A stretch of 64,000 nt of DNA from Leucoraja ocellata (Eukaryota): assembly GCA_036785375.1 (NCBI GenBank), contig JAWMAR010000137.1:1736001-1800000 (forward strand), read 5' to 3'. Position numbers and translations under genes: made by a program. The first letter of the stretch is position 1. Every line of letters begins with the position of its first letter. Below, piece by piece: positions 11,229 through 24,267 of this stretch. Under the pieces are notes generated by a model. It searched no databases. It saw only the letters and a program-made list of their open reading frames with translations, and was not told the DNA's origin.

Positions 11229-14200
11229 AAGACCCAACATTTATTTATTTGCCTCTGTACTCCACAACTTGAGATTTGTAATAGAAAAACTCACATGTGG
11301 TTAAAGTGCACATTGTCAGATTTTATTAAAAGGTATTTTTATAAATTTTAGTTTCACCATGTAGAAACTACAGCTGAGTTTATACATAGTCACCTCATTT
11401 CAGGGCACCCTAATGTTTGGGACACATGACTTCACAGATGTTTGTAATTCCTCAGGTATGTTTAAATATCTCCTTAATGCAGGTAGAAGTGAGCTGTCAG
11501 CACCTGGTCATTCCTCCAGTCTTTCCATCACCTTTGGAACCTATTATTGCTGTTTATCAACATAAGGACCAAAGTTGTGCCAATGAATGTCAAAGAAGCC
11601 ATTATGAGACTGAGAAACAGGAATAAAACTGTTAAGAGACATTAGCCAATCCTCAGGCTTACCAAAATCAACTGTTTAAAACCTCATTAAGAAGAAAGAG
11701 AGCACTGGTGAGCTTACTAATCGCAAAGGGACTGGCAGGCCAAGGAAGACCTCCACAGCTGGTGACAGAAGCATTCTCTCTATGATAAAGAAAACCCCCC
11801 AAACGCCTGTCCGACAGATCAGAAACACTCTTCAGGAGTCAGGTGTAGATTTGTCAATGTCCGCAAAAGACTTCAAGAACAGAAATACAGAGGCTACACT
11901 GCAAGATGTAAACCACTGGTTAGCCGCAAAAATACAGTGCATTCACAAAGTATATAGTCCCCTTCACTTTTTTCACATTTTGTTACGTTACAGCCTTATT
12001 CTAAAATGGATTAAATTCTTTTTTTTTTATCTACACATAATACCTCATAATAAAAAAGCAAAAACAGGTGTTTAGAAATATTTGCAAAGTAATTAAAAAT
12101 AAATAATTGAAATATCACATTTACGTAAGTATTCAGACCCTTTGCTATGACTCAAAATTGGGCTTTGGTGCATCCTGTTTCCATTGATTATCCTTGAGAT
12201 GTTTCTACAACTTGATTGGAGTCCACCAGTGGTAAATTAAATTGATTGGACATGATTTAGAAAGGCACACACCTGTCTATACAAGGTCCCGCAGTTGACA
12301 GTGCATGTCAGAGCAAAAACCAAGCCATGAAGACGAAGGAATTGTCCGTAGACCTCAGAGACAGGATTGTGTCGAGACACAGATCTGGGGAAGGGTATAA
12401 AACAATTTCTGCAGCATTGCAGGTCCCGAAGAGCACAGTGGCCTCCGTTATTCTTAAATGGAAGAACTTTGAAACCACCAGGACTCTTCATAGAGCTGGC
12501 CGCCTGGCCAAACTGAGCAATTGGAAGAAAAGGGCCTTGGTCAGGGAGGTGACCAAGAACCCGATGGTCACTCTGACAGAGCTCCAGAGTTCCTCTGTGG
12601 AGATGGGAGAAGGACAACTATATCTGCAGCACTCCAACAATCAGGCCTTTATGGTAGAATGGCCAGACGGAAGCCACTCCTCAGTAAAAGGCACATGACA
12701 GCCCGCTTGGTGTTTGCCAAAAGGCTCCTAAACAAGATTCTCTGGTCTGATGAAACTAAGATTGAACTCTGGCCTGAGTGCTGGAAGAAACCAGGCACCG
12801 CTCATCACCTGGCCAATCCCATACCCAAGGTGAAGCATGGTGGTGGCAGCATCGTGCTGTGTGGATGTTTTTCAGTGGCAGGAACTGGGAGACTAGCCAG
12901 GATTGAGGGAAAGATGAACAAAGCAAAGTACAGAGAGATCCTTGATGAAAGAGCGTTCTGGACCCCAGACTGGGGCAGAGGTTCACCTTCCAACAGAATA
13001 ACACCCCGAAGCACACAGCCAAGACAACGCAGGCGTGGCTTCGTGACAAGTCTGTGAATGTCCTTGAGTGGCCCAACCAGAGCCCGGACTTGAACCCGAT
13101 GGAGCATCTCTTGAACGACCTGAAAATAGCTGTGCTTCAACACTCCCCATCGAACCTGACAGAGCTCGAGAGGATCTGCAGAGATGAATGTGAGAAATTA
13201 CCCAAATACAGGTGTGCCAAGCTTATAGCGACATACCCAAGAAGACTTGAGGCTGTAATCGCTGCCAAAGGTGCCTCAACAACGGAATGAGTGAAGGGTC
13301 TGAATACTTATGTAAATGTGATATTTCAATTATTTATTTTTAACTACTTTACAAAAATTTCTGAACACCTGTTTTGGCTTTTTTTATTATGGGGTATTGT
13401 GTGTACCTTGATGATTTAAAAAAAATCAATTTTAGAATATGGCTGTAACGTAACAAAATGTGGAAAAAGTGAAGGGGTCTGTATACTTTCTGAATGCACT
13501 GTAGGATAGCTGGGCTACAGTTTGCCAAGAAGTACTTAAAAGAGCAATCATAGTTCTGGAAAAAGGTCTTGTGGACAGATGAAATGGAGATTAACTTATA
13601 TCAAAGTGATGGCAAGAGCAAATTATGGAGGAGAGAAAGAACTGCCCAAGATCCAAAGCATACCACCTCATCTGTGAAACACGGTGGTGGGGGTGTTATG
13701 GCCTGGGCATGTGTGGCTGCTGAAGATACTGGCTCACTTATCTTCATTGATGATACAACTGCTGATGGTAGAAGCATAATGAAATCTGAAGTGTATAGAC
13801 ACATCCTATCTGCTCAAGTTCAAACAAATGCCTCAAAATTCATTGGCCGGCCGTTCATTCTACAGCAAGACAATTATCCCAAACATACGGCTGGAGCCAC
13901 AAAGGAGTTTTTCAAAACTAAAAAATGGTCAATTCTTGAATGGCCAAGTCAATCACCGGATTTGAAAACTGAAGGGGACTAGCCCCCAAAACAAGGATAA
14001 GCTAAAGATGGCTGCAATACAGGCCTGGAAGAGCATCACCAGAGAAGACACCCAGCAACTGGTGATGTCCATGAATCGCAGACTTCAAGCAGTCATTGCA
14101 TGCAAAGGATATGCAACAAAATACTAAACATGACTACTTTCATTTACATAACATTGCTGTGCCCCAAACATCATGGTGCCCTGAAGTGGGGGGACTATGT

Positions 14201-14381
14201 ATAAACACTGCTGTAATTTCTACATGGTGAAACCAAAATGTATAAAAATGGCCTTTATTAAAATCTGACAATGTGCACTTTAACCACATGTGATTTTTTT
14301 CTATTACAAATCTCAAATTGTGGATACAGAGGCAAATAAATATATGATGGGTCTTTGTTCCAAACATTACGGAGGGCACAG
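11229..14381 (+). mobile_element. Tc1-family DNA transposon A (defective), host of a nested Tc1
   Basis: ~200-bp inverted repeats (~11229-11425 / ~14158-14356); right end GGGCACAG|TA; the outer left TIR is lost. Transposase pieces: KPLVSRKN|RIAGLQFAKKY, WTDE, VKHGGGGVMAW, QQDNYPKH, WPSQSPDL. Confidence 0.9.
11935..13501 (+). mobile_element. Tc1-family DNA transposon B, both ends intact, frameshifted transposase
   Basis: TA|CAGTGCATTC...GAATGCACTG|TA with long terminal IRs. ORF pieces 12327-13290: [42 protein letters not shown]. Confidence 0.95.
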
Positions 14382-14391
14382 TATATACATT

Positions 14392-14439
14392 CACACACAC
14401 ACACACACACACATACTCAAAAAGTAATAGTATTGCAAC

Positions 14440-14475
<36 letters not shown>
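14392..14475. repeat. (CA)n and (ATA)n microsatellites
   Basis: Read directly. Confidence 0.95.
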
Positions 14476-14478
<3 letters not shown>

Positions 14479-14940
14479 GAGGTTTACAAGAATGACCACA
14501 GGAATATGTAGGTTAACAAAAGATGAGCGTTTGAAGGCACTGGGCCTGTACTCGTTGGAGTTTAGAAGAATGAGAGGAGACCTCATTGAATAGTGAAAGG
14601 CTTGGATAGAGTAGATGTAGAGAGGATGTTTCCACTAGTGGGAGCGTCTAGGACTAGAGGTCATAGCCTCAGAACTAAAGGACGTACTTGTAAGACGATG
14701 AAGAAGAATTTCTTTAGTCATAGTGTGGTCAATCTATGGAATTATGTGGAGGCCAAGCCAGTGGATATATTTAAGGCAGAGGTAGATAGATTCTTGATTA
14801 GTATGGGTATCAGAGGTTATGGGGAGAAGGCAGGAGACTGGAGTTAGGAGGGAGAGATAGATCAGCCATAATTAAATAGCGGAGTAGGCTTGATGAGCCA
14901 AATGACCTAATTCTACTCCTATCACTTATGATCTTATGAC
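14476..14940 (+). mobile_element. CR1/HER1 LINE 3' fragment
   Basis: KGLDRVDVERMFPLVG..RTRGHSL...RGYGEKAG translation plus 3'UTR. Confidence 0.9.
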
Positions 14941-15339
14941 CACGATCCGCATTCCCTGACACAGCAATAGACCAGAACTTCTCCAGCTGGTGGACTGGCA
15001 GCCAATACGCCACAAGTGCCCAGGTCTACTCCCTGCAACTGTAAGAAAGTTCTGCACATGTACATCAAGGGCTAGGACAACGATGGAGAACTGTTCTGTT
15101 ACTACTTCTCTAGTCACACATTCTATCAACTCCCACTGTAGATGCAACCACATAATGAACAAACAGCAACAGCTGAACCACTCCATCATCATGAGTTAAT
15201 GTGCACAAGGAGAGGAGGTAGAGGGGGTGGGCAGTGAGGGGGTGGGGGTGAGGGGGTGAGGAGGGGAGGGAAGAGAAGAAACAAGTAAGTAAATCGTTGA
15301 AAGAAAAAAAGCACCTATTCCAGTTACTGATTGGATGAA

Positions 15340-15800
15340 AATCCTGCAGAAAAGATTTACGATGTTACGATCACTGGAGGGCTAGAGTTATAAGAGAAGA
15401 CACTATAAACGGGGCCTTTTTTCCATGGAATATGGGAAGGTGCGGAGTGACCTTATAGAGGTATGTAAAATCACATATGTGTAAATAAGATGAATGGTCA
15501 CAAACCTTTTCCCAGGGTACAGGAGTCCAGAATTAGAGGGCACAGGTTTAAGGTGAGAGGGGAATTGTTGAAAAGAGACCTGTGGTGCACTTTCTGGTAT
15601 GTAAATGGAATGAGCTGCCAGAAGAAGCTAGAAAGGTGGGTACAGTTGCACCATTTAAAAAATATTTGGAGAGGTACGTAGATTGAAAAGGTTTGGAGGG
15701 ATGAGCTAAACGCCGCCAAATGGGACGAGCTTCAATAGACAATAGACGCCCATGAACTAGTTGTGCCGAAGGGCTTGTTTCCATGCTGTATAACTATGAC
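15340..15800 (+). mobile_element. Old CR1 3' fragment
   Basis: FPRVQESRIRGHRFKVRG translation; tail similar to the HE1 3' end. Confidence 0.75.
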
Positions 15801-15934
15801 CTTGTGAAATGAATGGAATCATTTTTGCAACCATTTCACAAATTCTAAATGCCAACCTGAGCAATGAATGTTGATGCATCAGTGTGCCATGGCTGACAGA
15901 CCATAAATTGTCATGCTTCTGTTCTCCATCATCA

Positions 15935-16070
15935 ATGGTTTAATGTCTCACCCAAAAGTTGGCACATCTAACAGTGAGGCACTCCATTGGTTCAACACTG
16001 AACTGTGAGCGCCTGGATTAATTTTTGAGCCTGACTCTCAGGAGTTAGGTTTTAGTCTGTAGGTCCTTGA
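15935..16070 (-). mobile_element. Deu-domain SINE relic (SacSINE1/AmnSINE1-like)
   Basis: GGTTTAATGTCTCACCCAAAAG..GGCACATCTAACAGTGAGGCACTCC resembles the reverse complement of the recalled Deu domain. Confidence 0.5.
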
Positions 16071-16225
16071 TTCAAGTACTGTTCACTGGTATGCAAGCAC
16101 AGATTTAGGTCTTTCACTCTGCAGCAGTTCAAGGAGCTGATTTGAGCAGTGCAAGCATTTGAATCTGGATCAGTCTCCAGAAATTAGACCTTATCGAATG
16201 CCACCACAAAGCAGCTCAGCTCAGT

Positions 16226-16436
16226 AAGAACAAAGAACTGCAGATACTGGTTTATACCAGAGATAGACACAGCGAGTCAGGAAGCATCTCTGGAGAAAAT
16301 GGATGGGTGGCGCCTTGGGTCAAGTCCCGGAAACGTTACCCATCATTTTCTCTCTGCCTGACCCGCTGAGTTAGTCCAACACTTTGTTTTCATTTCAGTT
16401 TAATTCAGTTTTCATTCATTCATTCACTTTGTGTCT
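16226..16436. mobile_element. Penelope-like insertion made of two inverted pLTR halves
   Basis: 13-bp TSD AGCTCAGCTCAGT (16213-16225 / 16437-16449). Confidence 0.75.
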
Positions 16437-16789
16437 AGCTCAGCTCAGTGATGGGAATGGCACGACCATCTGCGAGGTGTGAACATCAGCTATAAATTCA
16501 CTGGAGAACCCGAGGAGAATGTTCAAAGGCTGTAGGACAAAACCTGCCCGCACATGAACAGAACGTGTGAGCAGATCGGTTGCATGAAAGAGATATCACC
16601 AAGCTTCTCGTTCAAGAGAAAAAGGCAATGAATTGTTTAAATAAGAATGAGAAAATAAGATGCTTTCTCCTTGGCAACAAAGGAGACAACATTTCTGTTC
16701 TTCATTTCCAATCAGCAAGGCAGTAGCATTTTATTTTCTCCATGTCCAGAGCATACTTCCAACATTGAACCTGATGTTTTACTTTAATG

Positions 16790-17310
16790 TATGCATTGTC
16801 GAGACCTGGGTGTCAAGGCCAGCAGTTATTGAAGGTGGCGTTGAGCTGCCTTCTTGAACTGCTGTAGTACATCAGGCAAACAATACATCAAGAGGTTAGT
16901 TGGGCAGGGAGTTCTAGGATTTATACTGACGGATGATGAGAGACCGATGATATATTTACAAGTCAGGACTTGGGCAGCTTGAAGGGGAACCTATAGATGG
17001 TGTTCCGGGGCACCTGTCCCCTTATTCTTCTTGACGGCAAAGGTCATGGGCTTGGGGGATGATGATGGAGTAGTTTGGTGAGTATCTGTAGATTGGACAC
17101 ACTGCAGCCCCAGTTGTTGGAAGGAAGGAATGTACAGGATGTGGTGCCAGCAATGTGGACTGCTCATGTCCTGGATGGTGTCAAGCTTCTTGCGAGCTGT
17201 TGACATTAAACTCATCCCAGGAAATACCATCATGTTCCTGACTTTTGTCTTATAGGTGGAAGGCCTTCAGAGTTCATGATATGTCACTTGTTGCAGGATA
17301 CCTTGCAACT
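16790..17310 (-). mobile_element. Old non-LTR retrotransposon 3' fragment (clade uncertain, RTE-X-like)
   Basis: Degenerate ...STARKKLDTIQD... RT-thumb-like translation. Confidence 0.45.
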
Positions 17311-17329
17311 ATTCTATTTACCTCTATTA

Positions 17330-17623
17330 GGGCAGCCACAGTGGCACAGTGGTAGAGTTGCTACCTTACTGCGCTTGCAGCGCCAGTGACCCGGGTTTGA
17401 TCGTGACTACGGGTGCTGTCTGTGCGGAGTTTGTACGTTCTCCCCATGACTGCGAGGGTTTTCTCCGAGATTTTCGGTTTCCTCCCACACTCCAAAGACA
17501 AACTGGTATGTAGGTTAATTGGTATGTGTAAATTGTCCCTGGTGTTAATGTGAGGGGATAGCTGGTCGGTGCGGATTCGGTGGGCCGAAGGGCCTGTTTC
17601 CGTGCTGTATCTCTAAACTAAAC
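17330..17623 (+). mobile_element. HE1-type V-SINE
   Basis: Head, V-domain and CTAAA tail. Confidence 0.85.
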
Positions 17624-17869
17624 CAGGGTACTTAGACGGGGGGTTCCATTGAAAATTGGTCAATGGTGAACCCTAGAATTGTGGGCATTAATTGTGGAAA
17701 TACAAGACAGAAGACATGTTCAAAGGGATAACTATAAACTAGTCAAAGCTGTGGGAATGGAAGAGATTCCGAAAGGATTCTGATAGGAAATTCCAGAGAG
17801 CTGATTTTAGGAGCTTATGAATACGTCAGGCACAAGCTGCAACAATAAGGGATTGGGATTGATCACCCA

Positions 17870-18315
17870 GGACACTGGAATCAGTCTGTGGACAAAGCCC
17901 AGACTATCACACAAACCAATCTCCCTTCCATTGACTCCATTTTGCACCTCAGGCTGCCTTGGCAAGGCCACCAGCATGATCAAGGACAAATCGCATCCTG
18001 GTCACTCCCTATTCTCTCCTCTCCCATCAGGCAGAAGGTATAGTGTGATAATCTGTCCAGATTCAGGGACAGTTTCTTCCCAGCTGCCAACAGGCAACTG
18101 AACCATCCTGCCAATAACTAGGGAGCAGTCCTGAACTACTATCTAACTCATTGGAGATCCTCGGATTATCTTTGATCAGACTTTACTGGCTCTATCTTGC
18201 ACTAAATGTCATTCACATTATACCCTTTATCATGTATTTGTACACTGTGCATGGCTCGATTGTAATCAAGGCACTGTACCTCGCTACACGTGACAATAAA
18301 CTAAATTAAACTAAA
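17870..18315 (+). mobile_element. Rex1/Babar-like LINE 3' fragment
   Basis: KATSMIKDKSHPGHSLFSPLPSGRRY translation; tail GTGACAATAAACTAAA. Confidence 0.75.
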
Positions 18316-19154
18316 GAGGAACAAAGATAAAGTGGGAGTTTGAACCTGACACTCATCCCCACGTAACCCATTCATACAGCAGGTGATTTCTATAGCTGAG
18401 GATTGTCCTGGAGGCGTGGACGTCAAATCCCATCGGCAATGTTCTACCCTGCTTTGCATCACCAAACACTATCGCCTAACAGGTTCCCAATGTAATATAT
18501 TTGAATCATATCCCTTGGTCCTCAAGTATCCAGGCTGCACGGACTTGTATGGTTATGATCACTGCGTCCTATACCACATCACCAGCTGGTGCCACTGGAA
18601 CAAGGTTACCTTTTATAAGCTGCAGATAAAATGTCTAAACCAATTAAAGGGGAAACTTGGAGGATGATTGCACACCCTATATTGGCTTACAACGTGGAAC
18701 TGTTGGCCAAAGTGACATCTTGAATCAATGCATCCAGCTTCAACACCCTTAAGTACCATTATAACTACATCCTAAAGATGGATAGCAGGATTTTCTCCGT
18801 AAATTAAGGCCATTTAAAATGTTTAAGGCAGCATGTCATCAATAATAGTAATGCTACTGATCAATTGTTCAATTAACCTCACACTGTCAATAAGTGTCTT
18901 GAAGTTTAATAAGCTAATTTTTTTTAATCGATCAGCAGAGTGCATTGATCTGCTCCTGAAAAGTAAGGGGGAGATTGAGGCCAAAGCTAGCAAATGTTCA
19001 AACTACATGCTCAGCCACAAAATAAGTCCAGCATCTCACAAGGACTAAACAGGCAAAATGCATGGAGGATGTTTCCGCTGACTGATGAGTTTAGAACCAA
19101 GGGACATGGTTTGAGAATAAGGGATAGGCTGTTTTAGGTTGAGATAAGGAGAAA

Positions 19155-19902
19155 TGTAGATATAAGAGCTAGCAACTATTAGATGGATACACACGAGGAG
19201 GGGTTAATTGGCAGATAATAATCAGATGGGGATGGGAAGGGTGGATATAGCAATAGAGATTGTAAACTGGTAAGTGAAGAACAAAAGGCTGCAGATTCTG
19301 GAAATATAATAGAAAAAGGTGAAGAATGGAACTAAATGTAGGATGGGGTCACATGGTGAGAAGAGAGGGAGGGGTGAGCGGTAGAAGGGAAGGGATCCAG
19401 TGGATGTAATGTGTGGATGATGGGCAAATGGAGGAGGTGGGGGAAGGGGAATGAAACGGTGGTAGGGACTGTCGGAGGGAGGTAAGATGGCAAGAAGGGT
19501 TTATGTTAGAAAACCAGGATACATAGGAGGAGAGATAAAGGGAAAGAGGGGATATAGGTTACTTGAAATTGGAGAATTCAATGTTATGATGACCGGCTGT
19601 AGATTGCTCGGGTGGAATAGGAGATGCTATTCCTGTAGTTGGTGTTTGGCCTAACTCTGGCAACGGATGAAGACGATGACAGGCCGGTCGATGAGGGAAT
19701 TAAAAGTGCAGTTAAAATGGCTGGCAATCGCGAGATTCAGGTGTCCACAGCGGACACAGCGCGAGTGGTCAGCAAAGTAGTCACCTACTCTGCATTTGGT
19801 CTCACCAGATGAGGTTGGAGGAAGTGCAGGTGAATCTGTCTCACCTGGAAGGGCTACTTAGGTCCCTGGATGGAGATGAGGGAGGAGGTATAGGGACAGG
19901 TG
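19155..19902 (-). mobile_element. Old Penelope-like fragment (GIY-YIG region and purine-rich UTR)
   Basis: 19560-19900 aligns with the reverse complement of ~34150-34515. Confidence 0.7.
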
Positions 19903-20674
19903 AAGATTGCATACTCATGCTCTTATTATTGAATGTATTTACGTTCTTACTCTCCCTGGAATGGTTATCAACATCCAGTGAACTGATGAAGCATAGAAAG
20001 GTCTAGGCTGATAGACTGATGATACCGAGTGGCCCTCAGAAGGAAAAGGAAATATAATTGTTCAAAAAAAAAATGAAGGAAGCTGTGGGCTCTAACTGGA
20101 CAGCTTTTCTCAGGGTGCCAGCAAAGGTAAGATGGGCCAATTGGTTTCCATCTATGCTGTATGATTCCAAGGTTGTTCATGGAGTGTTGTCCTGAACTCA
20201 CGTGCTGAGCTCCTTGTTAAGTGCAAAAACATATTTCTAGCATGTCTGTCAACGCCTTAAAAAAAAGTCATCCTTTCCATTGTCAACAGTCCTGTAAATC
20301 CATGGTTATGGGATTACTGTTCATGATGAGAAGTTGCAGTGAGACAGGAAAGTGTTTGCTGCAGGGAATTATTACAGGGTTATCATCATCACACCTTGTA
20401 GACTGGATAGCCAGAAACCCCTGTGCAAGTTGTGATGGATGGGTACTGTGACCTAACAACTTTGGCAGATTTAAGTTCAGGGATTCTTCAGCATATGAAA
20501 CTTCACACTCACCCTTTCAAGGTGTAGCTGTGATTATTAGGCACCTTGGGAGGTAGAAGGTAAGAGACGTTACATGTTGGTCACCAGCATTGACAGTCAA
20601 TATTGGCTTCTACTTGTTCCAGCATCTGATATACATTTACACCATGGAACACCTGCTATAAGAAGGCTGTTGTT

Positions 20675-21140
20675 GAGCTGGATGGAGAGAATGCAGAGAA
20701 GATTTACAAGCATGTTGCCAAGACCCGAGGGCCTGAGCTCTAGGGAAAGTTTGGACAGGCGAGAACTTTATTCCTTGGAGCACAGGAGGATGAGGGATGA
20801 TCTTATAGAGGTGTATAAGATCATGAGGGGAATAGATTGGGTGAATGTACCGAATGAACCAAAAACTAGAGGATGTAGGATTAAGGTGAGAGGGGATAGA
20901 TTTAAAAGGAATCCGAGGGGCAACGTTTTAACACAGTGAGAGGTGGGTATATGGAATGAGCTTCCAAAGGGGGTGGTTGAGGCAGGTACTATAACAACAT
21001 TTAAAATACATTAGGACAGGTACCAGGATAGGAAAGGTTTAGGTGGATATGGGCCAAATGCAGGGAGGTGGGACAAGTGCAGATGGGACATATTGCTCGG
21101 TATGGGTAAATTGGACTGAAGGCCCTGTTTCTATGCTGTA
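20675..21140 (+). mobile_element. CR1 3' fragment
   Basis: ERMQRRFTSMLP...LYSLEHRRMRDDLIEVYKIMRG translation. Confidence 0.85.
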
Positions 21141-21869
21141 ACGTGGGACAATGGGCAAAACCAAAGTCAAAGCCCAAAAAATATCCCAGCTGGATTTTAA
21201 CCAGGAAAATATTTAGATAATTACAATTCTGTGCTCATGGTGAGGGTTATAGTGGTTTGACTGGTTTCCATGGCACTCCCTTTAAAACAAATGACTATCT
21301 GTGTGTGTAAGGGTTAAACAGCATCCTTGTTAGCTAGGCATTGCCTGGTAAACATACTCCATAACTAGGTGACGAGGGAACGGCCGATCTATAACCTTCC
21401 AAACAAGCTGCTTGCTATAATCTGCCTGAACATGACAGTGCTATGTTGAAAGAACAAGCCATGCAGCTTTACGCAACCTCAGAGCACTGGGTCAAAGCCC
21501 AAAAGACAATGAATCACCACTTGCGTCAATTGAAAATGACCTTTCCCTGGTCTCGAGAAGCATATTGGAACATGGGATTGAGGCTGACAATACGTATACA
21601 TTTCATATTTAATATGAGAAATTTACTTTTGTTCGCAAGATATTTTTACCATTCATCCCAACTTCAATCCTTGAAGTCCCTCCATTTCAAGATGCAATTG
21701 AGGATAGGATGAAGCATGCATCAAGCAAATATACTGCCTCAAATGTGAGCCAGTAACACATTTACAAGGCACAAATCATGTGTTGATCACACTCGTCTCA
21801 GTCAATCTGGATATCACCAGAATTTCTGTAAAAAGTCCAAAATGATCCACAGTGAACATGTTGGATGGA

Positions 21870-22130
21870 GATAGACAAACGTGCTGGAGAAACTCAGCGG
21901 GTGCAGCAGCGTCTATGGAGCAAAGGAAATAGGCAGGGTAGGGGAACCACCGGTCCCTGAAGAATGAGGACATTTCTGATGCCCTGGTGTGGAACACCTC
22001 ATCCTGGGAGCAGATGCGGCATAGACGGAGGAATTGGGAGTAGGGGATGGAGTACTTACAGGAGGCTGGGTGGGAAGAAGAGTATTCTAGATAGCCATGG
22101 GAGTCAGTGGGTTTATAGTGGATGTCAGAA
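21870..22130 (-). mobile_element. Penelope-like RT C-terminal piece joined directly to the pLTR end
   Basis: Minus translation YKPTDSHGYLEYSSSHPASCKYSIPYSQFLRLCRICS; the pLTR end occupies 21870-21934. Confidence 0.8.
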
Positions 22131-23119
22131 TTCAGCTGATGTGATATGGCAAGGGTAACATGGCTTGGAAGAAAAAGCAGCCTTAGACATGTGATTCTAA
22201 GCTCTCCGCCACAGACATTTTACTAGATCTGTGGCAAACTACGTGATATAAATGGTTAATCAGTGGTACCACTACCATTGCATTGCATGGCTTCCAGTAT
22301 AAGAGAGTGAACAATTGTCCTTTTGTTCAGCAACCCTTATGTTTGAAAAGCACACATCTGACAATTACTGCACGCCTGGAATCAAATGAGAACAGAAAGC
22401 CAGGGGGAAATGCTCCAGCTGAAATCCTCATAGAGGAGAAATTCTCACTCCCTTCGCAGAAGATAAACAGCTTCCCCGACAGCAAACAGTCACTTTCAAT
22501 TATTTACAGGCCTAAAGCCAAGGAAGAAGTTTTCACTTCCCACTCTGGAAGCTTCTGTACTCTCCGCTGGTCTCTCGACTCTGACAATACATCAGCTCGC
22601 CAGAGCCACAGGCGGCACTTGGCGGAAAATATTCAAATCCAGGCTTCGAGTAGATTCTTCAGGATTGCCCAGTCCCATTGCAAGTTCTGGTGAAAACACA
22701 AACACTCCCATTCAGTTTCCTTCATTTTAACACTCAGGAACCCAAGCAAAAATAAGTATCTGTCAACAACATGGGATCAGGCAGGGAGGTAGTGCCGAGA
22801 CCAAATTTATGACTTTTACCAAACGGAAGAGCAGCCTTGAATTGCAAAATAACTTTGTCTAGTTCCTATTTTGCTTATTCTTCAATGGTTCCCGCACAAG
22901 CCACAAATGCACAGTCACCATATTTTGGCACCATTTACAAAGACAACGTTCAAAGTCCAAGTCCAGTCCACATGCCAGAAGTACTAGAGCACTCCGCAAA
23001 GGCTGAGCAAACTAAATAGGGAGTTCTGCAAGGACGTTGGAGAGTGGGAGATGATGTGGGGGTGCATTGCCCGAAATCCCAAGCAATAAAAAAAATAGCA
23101 GACTGGTTTGTGGTACAAA

Positions 23120-23700
23120 GGTGTTGAGGGAAACATAAGGTTAATGTGCAGGTACAGTTGTAATCAGGAAGGCTAATGGAAGGTTAGCCTTCTTTGCAAA
23201 GAGTATGGAGTGTAAAAATACAAAGGTTCTGATGCAATTGTAGAATGTGCTAGTACAACCTCACCTGGAGTAGTTCATAACTTCATGTTCTTAAGTTATA
23301 AGAGCAGAATTGGGCCTTTCGGCCCATTAAGTCTACTCCGCCATTCAATCATAGCTGATCTATCTTTCTTTCTCAGCCCTATTCTCCTGCCTTCTCCCCA
23401 TAATCCCTGACACCCTTACTAATCAAGTATCCAACCGGAGGATCCAAAATTATATACATCATTTCAAAATAAGGACCTTCCAATTTCGGATGGCGAGGTG
23501 GAAGAAGCTTTTTCTCTCAAAGGGTTGTGGATCTTTGGGATTCTCCACCACAAAGAGGTGGAGCCAATGAAGATATTCAGGGCTCAACAGGGGAGACAGG
23601 GGGTGTGGGGAAAGAGTAACAAAGTAGAGGGGAAGCCAAAACTGGGTCAACCATGATGTTACTCAATGGCAGAACAGGCTCGGGGTCTTGTCGTGTTTCT
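23120..23700. mobile_element. Old CR1 pieces (+) split by a younger CR1 tail (-, ~23272-23428)
   Basis: RKANGRLAF...QPHLE on the plus strand; opposite-strand 3'UTR between the pieces. Confidence 0.7.
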
Positions 23701-24267
23701 CACACTCTTCTACTAAATATGTTTTCTTTCAGTTTAAATCTGGCATTTGTTAACCAAAGCTCAGTATTGTAGCAATTGGTGAGGGTATGTTAGTGGACCC
23801 CGGGTGTTCATGTGGAGAACAAGGAGATTATAGAACTCTCCCTAGCCTCTTCACTACAGCCATCCTTGACAAGGTTTCAGTAACTGAGAGTTAAATAATA
23901 GTTGCCTTCAGGATCAATAAGATTCAGGGTGTGTAAAGAAGATACAAATTAGTGTTTGAAGTCAATGAAGTGACAGCAAAGGAGTAGTCTCTTCTCAGCT
24001 TTGGAAACCAAATCAAATAATAGCAGAGATCATTCATCCATTACTATCTTGGAATACAAATAAGATCAAAATTGAATAATTTTCTGAAGGACATCTCCAT
24101 TCTCCCGTAGCAGTAGGTCATTAATCACACCTTTCACTGGGTTGGTAGCAAAAATAGAGGAAAAAAAAACAGGCTCAGCAAACAAGAAGTACTGTAGCTG
24201 TCAGATATTAACTGCAGCAGCAGCCAAAACAAAAGTTATTTTCCTTAGAAAATGGTTTCAGTAGCTG

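Noticed and set aside
22283-22693. 136-aa ORF in unique sequence
   Set aside because: Non-ATG start and no recognisable motifs; length is compatible with chance.
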